From positions 6,386,001 to 6,450,000 of the forward strand of contig CM035352.1 in the NCBI GenBank assembly GCA_020137815.1: DNA of 64,000 nt, given 5' to 3'. Each line of letters starts with the position of its first letter. Positions within the stretch are counted from its first letter, which is position 1. The translations under genes were made by a program, and so were the position numbers. A model generated the notes under the pieces. It worked only from the letters and a program-made list of their open reading frames with translations, was not told where the DNA came from and did not search any database. Below are positions 1 through 17,791 of this stretch, piece after piece. Source of the stretch: Hormiphora californensis. Its lineage: Eukaryota > Animalia > Ctenophora.

Positions 1-318
1 GTCTTACTGTTCATGCTCTGCGACAGAACGATTTTATATTTCATAATCTATAGATCAAAACGAGTTCGTCTCCACTAGTACTGGAGAAGAACTATACTGG
101 ACCAGTACACCATCTTCCTTGTCATTACGTAATATTACTTTCTATTCTTCTCAGCACCATTTCGTTGGACTAGTACCAATGGTACTGTACCATCGTGGCA
201 TAACCATAGTGGTCTGACGGAGTTGAAATCTTACGGCAGGAGGGAGAAAGGTAAACTTCCTCATTCACACGTAGGTGAATGAGCAAGTTTACTTTTCTCC
301 CTCCGGCCGTTTTACATA

Positions 319-964
319 CAGGGTGTTCATATGGGATCTTTACAAGCGTTGGGCTTCACCCAGAAAAAAGTTGACAAAATTATCTTATGAAACTTCATAC
401 TTGGACTAATCTATACCCTCATTCAAGGTTCCTGGTGTTTCCGGAGCTCTACTACCCCTGGAAGTGTATTTTTGGCATCAAAACCACAAGAAGGAATTTT
501 TTGCTGATGCTGAGACTTTGCTAAAATGTTTTTTGGGTATTTTCTATGTCAATTCCAAAGTTTCGTGATGATTGGATATGTTTTATGAACTCAAAATTTC
601 GAAACAAGTGCATGGAAAGACTCTAAAATATCAATTTTTGCCGTTTTTGAGCTGTTTTTAGGCCTTTCCAGCCAGTTTATTTTGAACTTGGTGACTGAAC
701 CACACATCCAATCATCATGAAACTTTGGAATTGACATAGAAAATACCCAAAAAACATTCTAGCAAAGTCTCAGCATCAGCAAAAAATTCCTTCTGGTGGT
801 TTTGATGCCAAAAACACACTTCCAGGGGTAGTAGAGCTCCGGAAACACCAGGAACCTTGAATGAGGGTATAGATTAGTCCAAGTATGAAGTTTCATAAGA
901 TAATTTTGTCAACTTTTTTCTGGGTGAAGCCCAACGCTTGTAAAGATCCCATATGAACACCCTG
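319..964. mobile_element. Foldback MITE, Tc1/mariner-type
   Basis: Termini CAGGGTGTTCATATGGGATC / GATCCCATATGAACACCCTG, ~260-bp near-perfect inverted arms, TA on both sides (317-318, 965-966), no ORF. Confidence 0.9.
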
Positions 965-1070
965 TATCAGTCAACTCTGCAGTATGATCTGTTGTTCCTC
1001 TAGCTCTGACTATAGTTCTAAAAGATATTCTCCAATTTAGCACTCTAATTGAGTAACAGAACAACCCAGC

Positions 1071-6703
<5,633 letters not shown>

Positions 6704-7018
6704 TATTAGACACTGACAAACTAATGTTAGACACTGACAAATGACTCTCTTAGTCTTATAGGGCATACAGTGTAGATAGTTGTAGATAGTCTTAGGGCAT
6801 ACATAGTATGATACAATTTAGTGAGTTGTAGATAGTTCATCATAGTTACCAACCTACCTAAAATTGTGTAGTACATTTAGACTGGAGTTATAGGCGATGT
6901 AACCTATTATCATGATTATTATTAACTTTAATATTAACTTGTCTTATTATGAGAAACTTATGAGAAAGGGAAAGATGATGTTGGTAATGGTGAGCCTGAG
7001 GAACCGGTTACACCTACG

Positions 7019-7897
7019 ATGAAACACTATGTGAACATTACCACTGGGAACAGCGGAGAAGGAGAATCAGCGTTCTGTGCTGATAAGTGGAAGAATGTGG
7101 TCAAACCAAAGGTGGAAAGTGCTTTGAAGACTATACCGGTAGTGAGATCCAGAGTAAACAGTGACCATACCCGATTATACTTCCCTAATGAGGACCAGAT
7201 GAAGGAAGCAGAGAAAGTACTGACTCCTCTTGCACAGGATTGTTCAGTGTCATTTTTCTCAGAGGAAACCAAGAAGCTTGAACCAAAGGTGACGATAAAT
7301 GACTTGGGCCCCGACCTACTTGAAAAGGAAGCTATCCTGGCGGCGATCTTGGACAAGAATGAGGATATCAGGAAGCTGTATCATGAGGATAAGAAGTTAA
7401 AAGTGGTGTTTGTGAACGAAAGAGACAGGTATGCAGTGATCCAGATGGCTCCAGAGATCCGGCGGCTTTTGTCTAGCAGTGGGGATAGACTTAACTTGGG
7501 TCTTCGGCAACATTTTGTCAAAAACAGGTATCATGTGATTCAATGTTATCACTGCCAAGGATTTGGTCACATGGCGGGCTCTGTATATTGCCCTCAGAAG
7601 GATGATCCTGTATGCTGCTTTTGTGCTGGCACACATCAGACGAAGGATTGTAGAGCGAAGAAGAACAATGAAACAGGCAAGATGAAGTGTGTGAATTGTG
7701 AAGTTGGAGGATCACGAGAGGACAAGAAGTATGCGAAGACCCACACGGCTTCAAGTATGTGGTGCCCTTCGTACATTAACGAGCGAGCACGGCTAATGGA
7801 GAGGACTTCAGGTGTGAGCAAAGAGGAAAAAAACATGTACTGGACGAGGACCAAAGAGGAACTACTCAGGAAAAGACTTGGAAGATTGGGACACTAA
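7019..7897 (+). CDS. LINE ORF1p, gag-like CCHC zinc knuckles
   Basis: CYHCQGFGHMAGSVYC, CCFCAGTHQTKDC, CVNC..HTASSMWC; frame is open from 6953. Confidence 0.85.
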   Translation: MKHYVNITTGNSGEGESAFCADKWKNVVKPKVESALKTIPVVRSRVNSDHTRLYFPNEDQMKEAEKVLTPLAQDCSVSFFSEETKKLEPKVTINDLGPDLLEKEAILAAILDKNEDIRKLYHEDKKLKVVFVNERDRYAVIQMAPEIRRLLSSSGDRLNLGLRQHFVKNRYHVIQCYHCQGFGHMAGSVYCPQKDDPVCCFCAGTHQTKDCRAKKNNETGKMKCVNCEVGGSREDKKYAKTHTASSMWCPSYINERARLMERTSGVSKEEKNMYWTRTKEELLRKRLGRLGH

Positions 7898-10821
7898 ATG
7901 TTCGCTCTCTTGTTAATAAAACTGGAGGTGTTATTTCTCATCTGGAAGAAGAGGATTGTGATATCTGTCTCGTACAGGAAACCTTTTTGAAGTCTACGGA
8001 TACTGGGAAACTCCAGGAGATTAGGGATAATGGATGGGATATTTTATCATGTCCACGAGGAGACAGAGGAGGTGGAGGAATAGGAATTCTTTTTCGGGAC
8101 GGTATAGTCCTTCGACAGTGCCCAGTGAAGACAAAGTTTAAGTCTTTTCAAGTGCAGGAGGTTCTCATCAGTGACAGAGATCAACCAAAGAGACTCTGTA
8201 ATGTTTATCGTCCACCATACACAACTAAGTCAAGACTCACAGAGGCTACATTCCTATCTGAGTTCGGAGACTATCTTTCAGAACTTGTTATGAAGCAAGG
8301 TACTCCAATTATAGCAGGGGATCTGAACTTTCAGGTGCAGGACAAGAACAACTTCTACTCGAGGAAACTATTGGAGCTTCTAGATTCATTTGACCTTCAG
8401 CAAAGAGTACCACTATTGCCTACTCACCAACTTGGTGGAACCTTAGACCTGGTGATAACTACAAGGGAAACCAATCTAGGAGATTTAACAATTTGTCCTA
8501 ATGGTACTACTTCGGACCACTTCCTGGTACAGTTTGGGCTTGAAGTGAGACAGGACCTGTCAAACTCTTGTATGCGGAAATCAATGTTTCGAGAATACAT
8601 GGACTACAAGTCAATGGACAAGGAAGGATTCAGAGAGGACCTCCAGAAAGCGGAATTTGAACCAGGCCGGGATCCAGAGGAGAGTATTGTAAACTTCTAT
8701 CGTTGGTTGGAAAGTGTAGTGGAAAGGCGAGTTCCGAGGAAACGGGTGAGGACAGGGAAAAAGTTTAAACCGTGGAGAGATGAGGAACTAAGAGGAATAC
8801 TACGTAAGAGGAGGAGTGCGGAACGATACTGGAGGAAGCATGGAACTGAGGAAGCGAAACGGAGATTCAATGATTTGAAGAAGCTCTATGGAAACATGGA
8901 CAAGGAAAAGAGAGCAGCTTTTGTTAAAGAGGACTTGGATGCGGCAAAAGGGGACCCGAAGAAGCTACAAAGAAAGTTACAGAAACTCCTGGGAAAAGCG
9001 GAAACTATTCTTCCTGAGACTACCAACAACAAGAACCTGGCTGATGATTTTTCAAAGTTCTTTAGTTCAAAGGTGACCAAAATTCGGACCCAAGTCAATG
9101 AGGAGCAGCAGCAGGCTGGCGATTTTGTGGAATCTGGAAAATCCTGTCATACAACATGGAATGAATTCAAAGAGATATCTGAGGAGGAACTTGTTTCATT
9201 AGTGAAATCGATGTCCAGCAAGCACTGTGACCTGGACCCGTTGCCCACTTGGGTGGTAAAGGAGTGTATAAGTGATCTGGCTCCTGCATTAACATCAATA
9301 GTCAATCAGTCTCTACATCAGTCTTCGGTCGCAGAATCTCTCCAGGAGGCACTTGTCTTTCCTACCATCAAGAATATGTATGGAGATCGTGAAGCTCTCA
9401 GCAACTATCGTCCTGTTTCGAACATCCCATTTCTGTCTAAGCTTCTTGAGAAGGTAGTTCTCACGCAACTCAATGACTACCTGGATCGCAACTCTCTTTT
9501 GGGCAAACATCAGTCTGGCTATCGTGTTGGTCACAGTTGTGAAACGCTATTGGCAAGCATGTTCGATGACATTCTAGGGGAAATGGATAAAGGAAACGTA
9601 GTAGCTCTTATCTGTCTAGATATGAGTGCTGCTTTTGATACGGTTGACCATGGAAAGTTGTTGGAGGTGTTGCAGAAACGGTTTGGAGTGGATGGTGAAC
9701 CTCTCCGATGGTTTAAAAGCTATTTGAGTTCCAGATCTTTTAGAGTTTCGGTCGGTGATTGCCTTTCGGAAACCCTTGCTTTACTTTGTGGAGTCCCTCA
9801 AGGGTCCCTCCTTGGTCCTATTTTGTTCCTACTCTACATCGAGGCTGTACAAGATATTGTGGAGCCATATGGACTCCGGATAAAGTTATATGCAGATGAT
9901 TCCCAGCTCTACGTGAGTCTGGTTCCTACGGATGCTGCTGGCTGGGTTGAGGCAAAGGTGGATATTGAGGAGTGTCTGGCGAAGGTGAAGAGGTGGATGG
10001 TAGGGCAGTGGTTGAAGTGTAATGAGGCCAAAACGGAATTCATCCTGCTTGGAAAGCGCAGTTCTCTAAGCAAAGTCTCTTTTGATCCAGTTATTAACTT
10101 TGGAGGAACGGAAATCTCCCCCAGTGAATGTAGTGGAACAGATGGTAAAACCCTGGGAATTCTCTTGGATCATAACCTTGGCCTTGAACGACAGGTTAAC
10201 AATGTGAGGAAACAGTGTGGACTGATGTTACGAAACCTTTGGCAACTGCACAGGTGTTTTGATATCCCAACAAAGATAATGTTGGTCAAACAGTTGATTT
10301 TATCGAGGATAGACTACAGTAACATTCTGTATTGTGGACTTCCTGGTCGAGTTCTCAGTGGGCTCCAGAAGCTTCTCAATGCCTGTGTTCGTTTTGTATT
10401 TAACCTCCACGGACACCAGGACAACTACATGGAGTATTTCAGGCAATGTCATATTTTACCGATCTCCTACAGGTTGGACTTCAAAGCATGTTTGATTGCC
10501 TACAAAATAGTCAATGGAACAGCCCCGTGTTATCTCCAGGATTTGGTGCCACGTGATGAGACTTGGGGAACCTCTAGGACAACGAGGATGACTAATGTTC
10601 CGGATCCCTATAGGTTAAAACATCCAAAGATGACCAGTATCAATGCCAACTCTAAGTTGAGACGTAGGAGGTTATCAGTATTCCTGCCCTCTGTCTGGAA
10701 TGAGCTTCCTCTTGAGCTCAGGTCAATCCCCAATGTGGATACTTTCAAAACCCGGCTGAAAACACATCTCTTCGTTGGTGCATTTGGAGTGGGTGATGGG
10801 GAACCCATGGCTGAGTTGTAA
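7780..10821 (+). CDS. LINE ORF2p, AP endonuclease plus reverse transcriptase (no AUG at the frame start)
   Basis: Frame opens after the TAA at 7777-7779. EN motifs KIGTLNVRSL, QET, VYRPP, GDLN, TLDL, SDH; RT motifs NYRPVS, QSGYR, LDMSAAFDTVDH, GVPQGSLLGP, YADD. Confidence 0.92.
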   Translation, partial: RASTANGEDFRCEQRGKKHVLDEDQRGTTQEKTWKIGTLNVRSLVNKTGGVISHLEEEDCDICLVQETFLKSTDTGKLQEIRDNGWDILSCPRGDRGGGGIGILFRDGIVLRQCPVKTKFKSFQVQEVLISDRDQPKRLCNVYRPPYTTKSRLTEATFLSEFGDYLSELVMKQGTPIIAGDLNFQVQDKNNFYSRKLLELLDSFDLQQRVPLLPTHQLGGTLDLVITTRETNLGDLTICPNGTTSDHFLVQFGLEVRQDLSNSCMRKSMFREYMDYKSMDKEGFREDLQKAEFEPGRDPEESIVNFYRWLESVVERRVPRKRVRTGKKFKPWRDEELRGILRKRRSAERYWRKHGTEEAKRRFNDLKKLYGNMDKEKRAAFVKEDLDAAKGDPKKLQRKLQKLLGKAETILPETTNNKNLADDFSKFFSSKVTKIRTQVNEEQQQAGDFVESGKSCHTTWNEFKEISEEELVSLVKSMSSKHCDLDPLPTWVVKECISDLAPALTSIVNQSLHQSSVAESLQEALVFPTIKNMYGDREALSNYRPVSNIPFLSKLLEKVVLTQLNDYLDRNSLLGKHQSGYRVGHSCETLLASMFDDILGEMDKGNVVALICLDMSAAFDTVDHGKLLEVLQKRFGVDGEPLRWFKSYLSSRSFRVSVGDCLSETLALLCGVPQGSLLGPILFLLYIEAVQDIVEPYGLRIKLYADDSQLYVSLVPTDAAGWVEAKVDIEECLAKVKRWMVGQWLKCNEAKTEFILLGKRSSLSKVSFDPVINFGGTEISPSECSGTDGKTLGILLDHNLGLERQVNNVRKQCGLMLRNLWQLHRCFDIPTKIMLVKQLILSRIDYSNILYCGLPGRVLSGLQKLLNACVRFVFNLHGHQDNYMEYFRQCHILPISYRLDFKACLIAYKIVNGTAPCYLQDLVPRDETWGTSRTTRMTNVPDPYRLKHPKMTSINANSKLRRRRLSVFLPSVWNELPLELRSIPNVDTFKTRLKTHLFVGAFGVGDGEPMAEL

Positions 10822-11354
10822 TGTTTGTTGTAGTTGTGGGGCCTGCGGGCAATCAGTGTCATCCTCTCTCTAGCCATGTTATTAATTCATTACCTAGTAT
10901 CCTTTTTTCGAGCAGGTGTGAGTATAGTGTGTTTTAATTTATATCTACAGGATTATGGGACCAGTTATTCCCTCAGTTTTATAAGTCAAGTTTATTTAGT
11001 CGTCTATATATTGTTTTTCAACCAGAGCTGTTCGAGTGTGTCATATAAGTAGTCGAGGATATACCGCTCTGATGATTCGGCGGAACATCGTCAATATTTT
11101 GACATGTCTCTGTCGGGTATGGGCGGTATATAAGCGCGGAATATTATTATTATTATTATTATTATTTTTTTGACATTGTGTAGTTTAAACCTTTTATTTT
11201 GTTACTTCATTTGTAACCGACGAGTATATTTTGAGCACTCAGTTGAATTCCAGTCAGACGAGGGGGGGGGCTACATCATTTAACTTACAAAACTCAGGCC
11301 ACCCCCCCCCCCCCCCCCCGCAACGGGCGCTGCAACGCGTGTCCCATTTCTTAC

Positions 11355-11602
11355 CTCGCAAATATGGTTCCAGTTACACAGATCTTGTCCATGAGATGAC
11401 TGTGATTCTTGATAATGCCAGCAAATGTGCGTCCATCCATTGCAACATGAATCTTCCGCTCTTGCCCCGTGTACCTACAGCAGGGTGTGATCGTGTGAGT
11501 GGTTGCTGAGAGCATTCTTGTAACTATGGTAACACTTAAAAAACTATGGTAACACTCACATTTCTGTCGTGCGGCAGAGTTTGGTACGCTATAACCTAGA
11601 GC

Positions 11603-11634
<32 letters not shown>

Positions 11635-14600
11635 TTTCGAATAGTTCCTCCATTTGTAATCCCGTTGGTTTTCTGTCCTGCTGTTTACAGAGCAGTTCTC
11701 CGTCAGCTGCTTCTTCTAGGATAAACAGATCTGCATAGTCAGGTACCTGAAACAGTCAGAATTACATGTCTGAAAGACAACAGATTATCAGTGTATTGAA
11801 AACTACTATACATAGATGTGTGTGGCCGCGAAATCTGAATCCGACTGCATATTGTGTGGCTCACACAGCACCCTGTGTGAGGGTTCGGTATAGATCAAAC
11901 TGCACGTACCATGGTACAGTCATGAGCTACACAAACAGCAGTCAGTAGGTTATCTCCTGTACACATCACACTCCGTACATCTGCCCTGCTCAGCTCCTCA
12001 ATAGCAGCCCTAGTTTCCGGTTTCAGTTTGTTAGACAGCACCAGGAGACCCTGGAAAATCAGGTCCCTCTCCAGCTCCCCTCTTGGGGTTGTTTGGGGGT
12101 CTGCGAAGGCGGCGAGGGGCTTGTAAGCCAGACCAAGGACTCTGAAACCCATGGAGGAGTAGGACGCGAGGACATCATCAAAGTCAGATGGGAGGGAGTC
12201 TGTTTTGCACCGTTCTGCGATGACTTCAGGGGCACCTTTTGTGGGAAATGGAAGTGAGTTTAGAATTTACGTACAAGTCAAGTTGGCCAAAATCGATTGT
12301 TTTTATTACCTACCTTTACAGCAGACAATAAAACCTCCCTCTGTACCCTCGCAAATGACACTCATCCTCTTGAGGTGCGACTCGAAGGGAAAGATCTTGA
12401 CAATGCCATAGCTCGTTTTAGAGTCGGGGGGTGTTGCCGTGGCAACGGTATCCTGGGTAAATGCATCCCCACCTGACCTCCAGGTGTAGCAGTATCTGAA
12501 ACAGAATATGGGTTCACTCAATTGACAGGTGCAGTCATGAGTCTCACTCTAGAATGGGGTCAGGGGGTTCTCTTGTTATGCTATGATCCTCCTTTACAAT
12601 AAAGCATCAACCTTATTTTTTTAAATTTATTAGGACACTTACCCACTGGTTTCAAGTCCAATTAAATCCATAGGATCTCCACAGGTGTTGTCATTGATCA
12701 GGGAGAGGGAGTGACAGGTCCCCATAACTAGCATTGTTTCATCGTGTGGAGAGTTTCCCTCCACCGCAAAGTTACCGTCAGCACTGGATCTCACACAGTG
12801 TAGTGTCAAGCCCTCCTCGGTCAGGGTTCCTGGGAGAAACAAATGGAGAGCATTAAAAGGAGCCAATGCTCTGACCACAGCTTTCTTGCACGCTCCGCCA
12901 ATGCTCTGACAGCCTGGGACTATGTTGATGTTGGATCTAAAAATATTATCAAGGTACCCACATGCTATTCAGACTATATTGTACCTCTGGCAGTGGCGGG
13001 TGGGGGTGGGTTCAATGTTCATCTCGATAACGTACCTGTTTTGTCGAACACAGCCAATTTAATCTTCCCCGCTATGTTGATAGAATTAGGAAGCGTTACT
13101 TTGATTCCCTTGCCCTTCAATCGCCTGATGGCATACGTCACAGCAATACTCAGGGCGAGGGGGAGAGATGGAGCGATGGCAATTGTTACCTGAAAGGAAA
13201 TTCATTACTGGTCAGTGGTGGAGTAACGAACTCTTTTTTGAAATTTCCAAAAAATTGTATGGAGCTAGACATGATAACCCGGTTTTTCTTTCTCTTACCA
13301 AATCGAGACATCCAATAAAGACAGCCCCAGCTGGTTGTTTATCAAGAATTCCATCAACAATATAATAAATCACACCACAGAAGCCCAGGAACCCCATTAT
13401 TTTCACATAGGTAATTGCCTCCCCGTAAAACTTGAATGTTTGGCGTCTTTTTGGGTGCAACATAAACCGAATTGTTTCTCCCTTTTTGGTGTCAAATCTT
13501 GTCCGGGTCACGAGACAGAGGACCTAGAGAGAAGTTTATTTTAGGGACGTGGGGGTTGCCCGAACTACTGACTAGATCGGGAGGGGGGGTCTTGTTATAA
13601 ACAAAGGGGTGTTGTATCGTGTGAGTGGGGGTACTGGGATTATCTTGTCAGGCACTGACTGTACATCGCGCAACCCGGTGCATAGAGGACGGTCTCACCT
13701 CTCCGTCGGTAGGTGGGCGTGCTTGAAGACAGGTTGTTCCACAAAACAGCGTGTTAACATCATTCTTATCAGACCAGTATCCCTCTCCCAAACTGTAAAT
13801 TATAAAGGAGTTATGGGAAAGTGTGGTACACAATTATACACATGTTGACATCACAGCTGCAAGTTACAAAAGTCACAATTCAGCAGCGACTTTGTAACTG
13901 ATCAGTTACTTGTCCAGAGGGGAGGTACCTAACACACATACAAACAGTCGCACATGCAAACACACATGCACCTGTCCCGTGGTATAGAGTTCTTGAGGGT
14001 GTTTGTAACCAATCAGTGTGGGACCCAACAATCAGTTACTAATCGGTTACTAATCAGTTACTAATCAGTTACTAATCGGTTACTAATCGGTTACTAATCA
14101 GTTACCTGTCCCGTGGTATAGAGTTCTTGAGGGTGGGAACTGATTCTCCTGTCAACATGGCCTCATCAACAATCACGCACCCACTCAACAGGACACCATC
14201 AAATGTTAGGAGAGACTCTGTTTCAGGTATCCTAACAACATCTCCCGGAACAAGGTCCCCCGAGGGCAGTTTTACGAACTGAGAAGGGAGGGGTTGAGTA
14301 GTAGTAGGGAGGGTTGTTATTTAGGGGTTTACTGCTGCCCGACTGGGATAGAGGCAAAGAGAGAGACATGATGTGGATAGAGAGAAAGAAATATATATGG
14401 TGACAGAAAGAGAGCCCACCTTGTCTCCTTTCCTGACTTCCACCTCACTCTCAAACAAGACAGATTTCCTCAAATTTACAATAGCGCTCCTTGCGAAGTA
14501 TGTTGTTGAAGAGAGGGACATGATGGACATGACTATAATAACTGTGGCATACATCTCGTATTTATTGTTGTACCTAGATTGGGAATGGAGATTAGTATTT

Positions 14601-16198
14601 CGTATACTCCGGCATTATCAAACCCGGAGCCCGGGCTATCAGCGCTAGGCCTGAATAGTGAACACTGAACACTCCCAAAATCCGGGCTTCATTATTCGAA
14701 TTATCCGTGTTATACAGTACATAATAGTCGGGTGTACCAATTAAGAACTATCGTTACTTCTGCTAGTTTGTGCTGTTTAGTAAGTTTGTGTACACGTTCA
14801 TACCAGACGATGCAGCTGAAGAGTTGGAAAATGTAGAAGAATGTGAGGACTTCAGTGAGAATGAACCAAATTAGAGGTTTCAGTGGCACGTCCAGTATGT
14901 TCCTTCCTAATACCTGTAGCATTGTCATTATCAGGAACCGACCGAAATAAGTAAACTACCAATCAGAACTCGTTATTTAGGTCACGTGACTGGTTATCAG
15001 CCAATCAGGGACCAGTATTTCCTGATTCGGTCGGTTCATGATTGTCATTACAGTAATCTGTCATGTTTATTACAACCATTATCTTACAGAAGACTGCCCT
15101 CTCCGAACCGAACCCAAGAGCGCATGTCTGTGCGATTAATATAGATAATTTGAAGGGGATGTTGCTTACAGTAAGAAGTTTTTCACGGTATACGTGTGTG
15201 TCTGTATCGGCTAATTCCGTTATCTTTCTGAACGTTTCACCGCATCCCAGGGTAGTTACTCGCCGTATACAATCATGTGATATCACATACCGCTCTAACT
15301 TGTATTCAAATATCTGTAAATGATGGGGGGTATTAGGCTCTATAAAGAGAGATAGTTAGCTTTACTAAAGCGAGCAAAAGCGATATTGTTACATTAACTT
15401 TGTTATGTTCTAACCCTCCTTTACATTTGTAAAGGCGGGGCGCGCGAAACACAGTCTAGCTAGGCAACAATAACTAAGGTGAGAGTGAGTGAGAGTGATA
15501 TACTGCAACGAACCTTTACAGTATCATCAAATGGTGACAGTTGTGCTATATTGGACAGCACAAAATTCTGGCATTCCTTCTCCTCCAGAGAGATGGTTAT
15601 GATTTTACAGGATAGCCATTTGTCATGTTCTCGTATTAGCAGCTGAGTTGCTTCCTGCAGTAGGCACTCAGAGTATAGCATCCAAACTTTTAACCATGGA
15701 CTAAAGTAACCTATAAAGTAGTGTTGTTAAAGTAGGGCATTAACGGAGGATAAAACCTAGAAATCAGATCAGACAATATAGGACTTGTACCTGTCAAGAG
15801 GTAGAAGAGTGGGAGGAGTCCTAGAGAGATTATAGATCCATAAATCATCAGGACAAACTTCAAAAAGCTCATCTTCATAGGGACCGCCTCCTGTGGGGAA
15901 AGTGTGTAGTGTGTACTGTAACAGTTTTTGAGATGGGCGACTATACATTTCTTGTATTCACGGGGGATGCGTGGTTCAGAAATGTATTCGGTCAAATAAC
16001 AACTGTGTACTTTTATTTTGCGCGCGGCTAAAGACTTTGCGCGCTACAACAATAACTCTCCCGCCACACGGGAGATCGTGCTTTTCTGGGCTTTTCTGGG
16101 CAATATTCTCTCCACAAATATTGCGTCTACAGACTAACCCTCCTGATGTAACTTACCAGACTCTCATCGGCCCCTTCCCTCTCAAAAGTGCACCTCAT
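11355..16198 (-). CDS. P5B-type P-type ATPase (ATP13A2-5 family), N-terminal part; later exons not in window
   Basis: About 15 minus-strand GT-AG exons give GRNILDVP..EVLTFFYIFQLFS, LVPGD, DEAMLTGES, FDKT/GTLTEEG (split by an intron), GDPMD, FPFESHLKRMSVI, KGAPE, MCTGDNLLTA, GTIFAR, followed by donor GTAAG. The start codon at 16198 is inferred. Confidence 0.9.
14932..15040 (+). mobile_element. 109-bp hAT-type MITE, copy 2 (ATPase intron)
   Basis: Near-identical to copy 1; flanks attgtcatta(t/c). Confidence 0.85.
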
Positions 16199-16985
16199 AA
16201 CACCCTCCCTATCTGAAGAGGTCCTTCCTGGATGGGGTTGAGAATGAAATATTTAGTACGAATACGTGAGATCCCCCCTTGTTTGCCGTATATATTCCAA
16301 ATCCAAAATCAATTATGATATTCCAAAATCCAAAATCAATTATCATGTTCTGTCAGTATGAAGGAGAATTCGGAGGAAAATGAATAAAGGATCAGCTACA
16401 CGTGGAAAATATAGCGATTAAGTGGGAGAGAGTGTGTCAGTGGGGAAAGAGGGGAAAGAGGGGGAGAGAGAAAAAGTGTGTCACAGAGAGAGACAGATAA
16501 GTTGAGGGACAAAATGAAAGGCAGCCGCTAGAAGGAGATCCAGGGCCATTTAGTAAAGATGGACGTCTGTGTTTGTGCGTGTGTGTCTGGAGAATATCAA
16601 GTTACGAAAGCGGCCTGGTAATCAAATGATAAAATATCAGGGACACCGGATTGCAGATTTAACCTTATACAGACTTTACCACGTTTTTACACGTAGAAGA
16701 CGTCTTCCACCGAGAGTGCTCAACTGGTTACCAAAGACTAAAGAGCGAATAATAAAGAGAAACAATTCAAAAGGTTTCCTTTTGCCTTTCAGACTTTAGA
16801 AATTGACAGTTAATTTAAGTAAAGATACAATCTTCTGATCAACCAAACAAAGAGCGATAACCAAAGTGAACTAAAATATTAAATATTAAACTAAACAAAG
16901 TGACCGATGAGGAATACCAGCTGTCATGATAACTAGCAGCTGGCCTTTCCTGCAGTGAGTAACCCAAGATCAATAGTAATCTTAT

Positions 16986-17094
16986 CAGGAACCGACCGAA
17001 ACAAGTAAACAACCAATCAGAACTCGTTATTTAGGTCACGTGACTAGTTATCAGCCAATCAGGGACCAGTATTTCCTGATTCGGTCGGTTCCTG
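16986..17094 (+). mobile_element. 109-bp hAT-type MITE, copy 3
   Basis: Perfect 14-bp TIR and perfect 8-bp TSD aatcttat. Confidence 0.92.
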
Positions 17095-17791
17095 AATCTT
17101 ATGATTCGAAAAGAAGTGACCAGTATCATGAACAACAAGGACTCAAATGATATAAAAGCCATGGAAATAATTCCATCTTGCAGTGCAATTTAGGGTTCAC
17201 AAGAAGATCTCAAGCAAAGATTTGTTGTAAAACTACATTTCACAAGAATCGTGCAATAAAATTAATCCCACGCTACTTATTTGTCCACAGGATGCTGCAT
17301 ATCAGATTTTCACCTGAATAGAAGATTCAAGAAAGTGCATAAATATCGTATCTACAGAGATATAGTATTTGTATTATTTATAGTATTTGTCAGAAAGGGG
17401 TATAGTATTTGTCAGAAAGGGGTGATCAGAATGAACAGGTTTTGTGCACAACTGATCCGTGTTGTATATGAGAGTATGATTCATTTGCACTTACTTTAGT
17501 AAGTATAGACCAATCAAAGTGCGTTCCTGAACTAAGCTTGAAAAAACAGTATATGGCTGAGTCGCTTGACACTATGTCCGCACAATTCAAGTATATGGTA
17601 GCCAGGTAGCAGTTTATAGTGGAAGCACTTGTGGAACATTTTATATAGTGTGACCAACCCTTTCCAGAGAATGGTCAGAAACTTCTTCCATATAAATTTG
17701 ATGGCGCTCCTTGTTCTAACTAAGTGTACTATCACGTGCTACAAAACACCATATATGGGCATTAGTCATCACGTGATCCTTCTTCTAACTA

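Larger units (their letters stand above)
6953..11166 (+). mobile_element. Non-LTR retrotransposon (L2/CR1 group, L2-like), probably 5'-truncated
   Basis: Zinc-knuckle ORF1, APE-RT ORF2, ~320-nt 3' UTR and (ATT)n tail at ~11141-11166. No clear TSD seen. Confidence 0.9.

Noticed and set aside
54-280. Possible + strand exons separated by a 26-nt GT-AG gap
   Set aside because: No recognisable protein, the intron is very short, and context is cut by the window edge.
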